In this document: positions 62,445 to 64,000 of the stretch, piece after piece | How positions within the stretch are numbered: the stretch's first letter is position 1 | How the letters are laid out: each line of letters begins with the position of its first letter | Assembly: GCA_965197585.1 (NCBI GenBank) | Contig: OZ240215.1 | Coordinates: forward strand, 3,104,001 to 3,168,000 | Length of the DNA stretch: 64,000 nucleotides | Source of the DNA: Dehalococcoidia bacterium | GTDB lineage: Bacteria > Chloroflexota > Dehalococcoidia > Plut-88900 | Direction of reading: 5' to 3' | Notes under the pieces: model-generated | The model's database searches: none | What the model was told of the DNA's origin: nothing | Seen by the model: the letters and a program-made list of their open reading frames with translations, nothing else | Translations under genes and position numbers: made by a program

Positions 62445-63005
62445 ATGCCCGACGACACCCGCACCCGCTGCTTCGGCTCCCCCGACGACCCCCTAATGAT
62501 GTCCTACCACGACAACGAATGGGGCATCCCCGTCCACGACGACCGCAAGCAGTTCGAGTTCCTCTGCCTGGAGAGCATGCAGTCCGGCCTCTCCTGGAAG
62601 ACCATCCTCGACAAGCGAGAGAACTTCCGCAAAGCCTTCTCCAGCTTCGACCCCGTGAAGGTCGCCGCCTACACCGACGCCGACATCGAGCGCCTGATGT
62701 CCGACGCGGGCATCGTCCGCAACCGACGCAAAATTGAGGCCATCGTCAACAACGCCCGACGCTTCCTGGAGGTCCAGAAGGAGTTCGGCTCCTTCGACAA
62801 CTACATCTGGCAGTTCACGGGCCACGAGACCCTGCGTCGGGACTACGAACAGGTCCCCGCCCAGACCCCCGAGTCCGAGGCCCTCTCCAAGGACCTGAAA
62901 GTAAGAGGCTTCAAATTCATGGGCCCCATCGTCGTCTACTCCCACATGCAAGCTACCGGCCAGGTCAACGACCACCACCCCACCTGCTTCCGCGTGCCGA
63001 ATTAG
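62445..63005 (+). CDS. tag: DNA-3-methyladenine glycosylase I
   Basis: RC, YHD.EWG.P, QSGLSW.TIL.KRE, IVRNRRKI and NDH...C motifs. Confidence 0.95.
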   Translation: MPDDTRTRCFGSPDDPLMMSYHDNEWGIPVHDDRKQFEFLCLESMQSGLSWKTILDKRENFRKAFSSFDPVKVAAYTDADIERLMSDAGIVRNRRKIEAIVNNARRFLEVQKEFGSFDNYIWQFTGHETLRRDYEQVPAQTPESEALSKDLKVRGFKFMGPIVVYSHMQATGQVNDHHPTCFRVPN

Positions 63006-63072
63006 TCGTAAATCGTTAAATGTTACAATGCCTGCCTTGTACCAATACTAGGGGCCTTGGGAGGAGTGCGAC

Positions 63073-64000
63073 ATGACCGGATACGATGATTATCGTGACG
63101 ATGATGCTGACGATGATATTGAACCCCTGAAGCTTCCCGAAGGCTTCGATACCCTTAAAGCCGAATGGGACACTTGGCCCGTTCGAAAGCTACGTGAGGA
63201 TATCTCAAGCGGAGCGATCGATCTGCAACCTGATTTCCAGCGTGAATATGTATGGAACTCGGAACGCGCGAGCCGGTATATTGAGTCCATTCTCCTAGGA
63301 TTCCCGACGCCGCCAGTATTTCTTGCTGAAGAACCAGATGGCCGATGGGTCGTTATCGATGGACATCAGAGGCTTGAGACTCTGTTTAGATATATGAAAC
63401 CACTTTTGGGATCAGATTTACCCGAGTCAATCAAAATGCTGGAGCCACTCCGTCTCAACCATCTTGAAGTGTTGCAGAACCTCAACAGTACATTGGTCAA
63501 CAAACTCGACATATCAAGACGAGAAGAGCTATGGAAAACAGACCTTCAAGTCGTGCTTTTGCCTAAAGAAGTCGACCCCGATATGAAATACTCTCTGTTT
63601 GCCAGACTCAATTTAGGGTCCATGAGCCTAAACCCACAGGAATTAAGGAACTGCATATATAGGGGGCGTTATAACAATTTCTTAAAACGCAGAAGCGAAT
63701 CGTTGGAGTTTTTGCAGCTTTGGAATCCAAGTAGACCAGAACCTGACAAAAGAATGAAGCATAGGGAGAGATTACTTCGATTCTATGCCATGCTTCATAG
63801 GAGGAGCCATTATAGGACTCCATTCAGGGTCTTCCTTAACGATGAAATGGAAGCGCACAAAGACTTTTCTTATGAAGAAGAGACTAGATTTAGCGAGGAA
63901 CTTCATACAGCAATAAAGTGGATCAAGAGGGTATTCGGTAAAGAAGCATTCTGCCGGTTCGAGATGGGCAATTCGGATAACCATCAAGGTAGATGGGTGC
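63073..64000 (+). CDS. DUF262 (GmrS/ParB-like) domain protein, truncated by the window edge
   Basis: QPDFQREYVW, IESILLG.P.P, VIDGHQRL and FARLNLG motifs; not in the ORF track. Confidence 0.85.
   Translation, partial: MTGYDDYRDDDADDDIEPLKLPEGFDTLKAEWDTWPVRKLREDISSGAIDLQPDFQREYVWNSERASRYIESILLGFPTPPVFLAEEPDGRWVVIDGHQRLETLFRYMKPLLGSDLPESIKMLEPLRLNHLEVLQNLNSTLVNKLDISRREELWKTDLQVVLLPKEVDPDMKYSLFARLNLGSMSLNPQELRNCIYRGRYNNFLKRRSESLEFLQLWNPSRPEPDKRMKHRERLLRFYAMLHRRSHYRTPFRVFLNDEMEAHKDFSYEEETRFSEELHTAIKWIKRVFGKEAFCRFEMGNSDNHQGRWV

Overview
A GC-rich (~60%) bacterial chromosomal segment. By inference it comes from Chloroflexota/Dehalococcoidia (SAR202-like): it has three LLM flavin oxidoreductases, an unlinked 23S gene, an N-terminally extended GreA and Gram-positive-type LexA-like boxes. 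The backbone is housekeeping and metabolic: a solitary 23S rRNA plus tRNA-fMet, comEA/comEC, moaA, thyX, thiE, glcDEF, ftsH, greA, recA/recX, nadE and tag. It is peppered with small lower-GC islets: three TA pairs, a type II R-M pair, NucS-like, HsdR_N-like and DUF262 genes, and a frameshifted IS481. Main highlights: (1) a two-gene selenoprotein operon missed by the ORF track, with an ArsC/Spx-family UxxC protein and a sulfurtransferase whose catalytic Cys codon is TGA, each followed by a SECIS-like hairpin; (2) nested REP-like repeats in which 21-23 bp hairpin modules sit inside larger palindromes, with empty and filled forms both present, and an IS481 inserted into one REP; (3) tandem EamA transporters with large Arg-rich insertions at the same loop; (4) a stand-alone, expanded 23S rRNA gene with neither 16S nor 5S; (5) duplicated gene 3' ends (tRNA-fMet, ftsH) marking islet insertions. 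All family calls come from motif recognition, not database searches.
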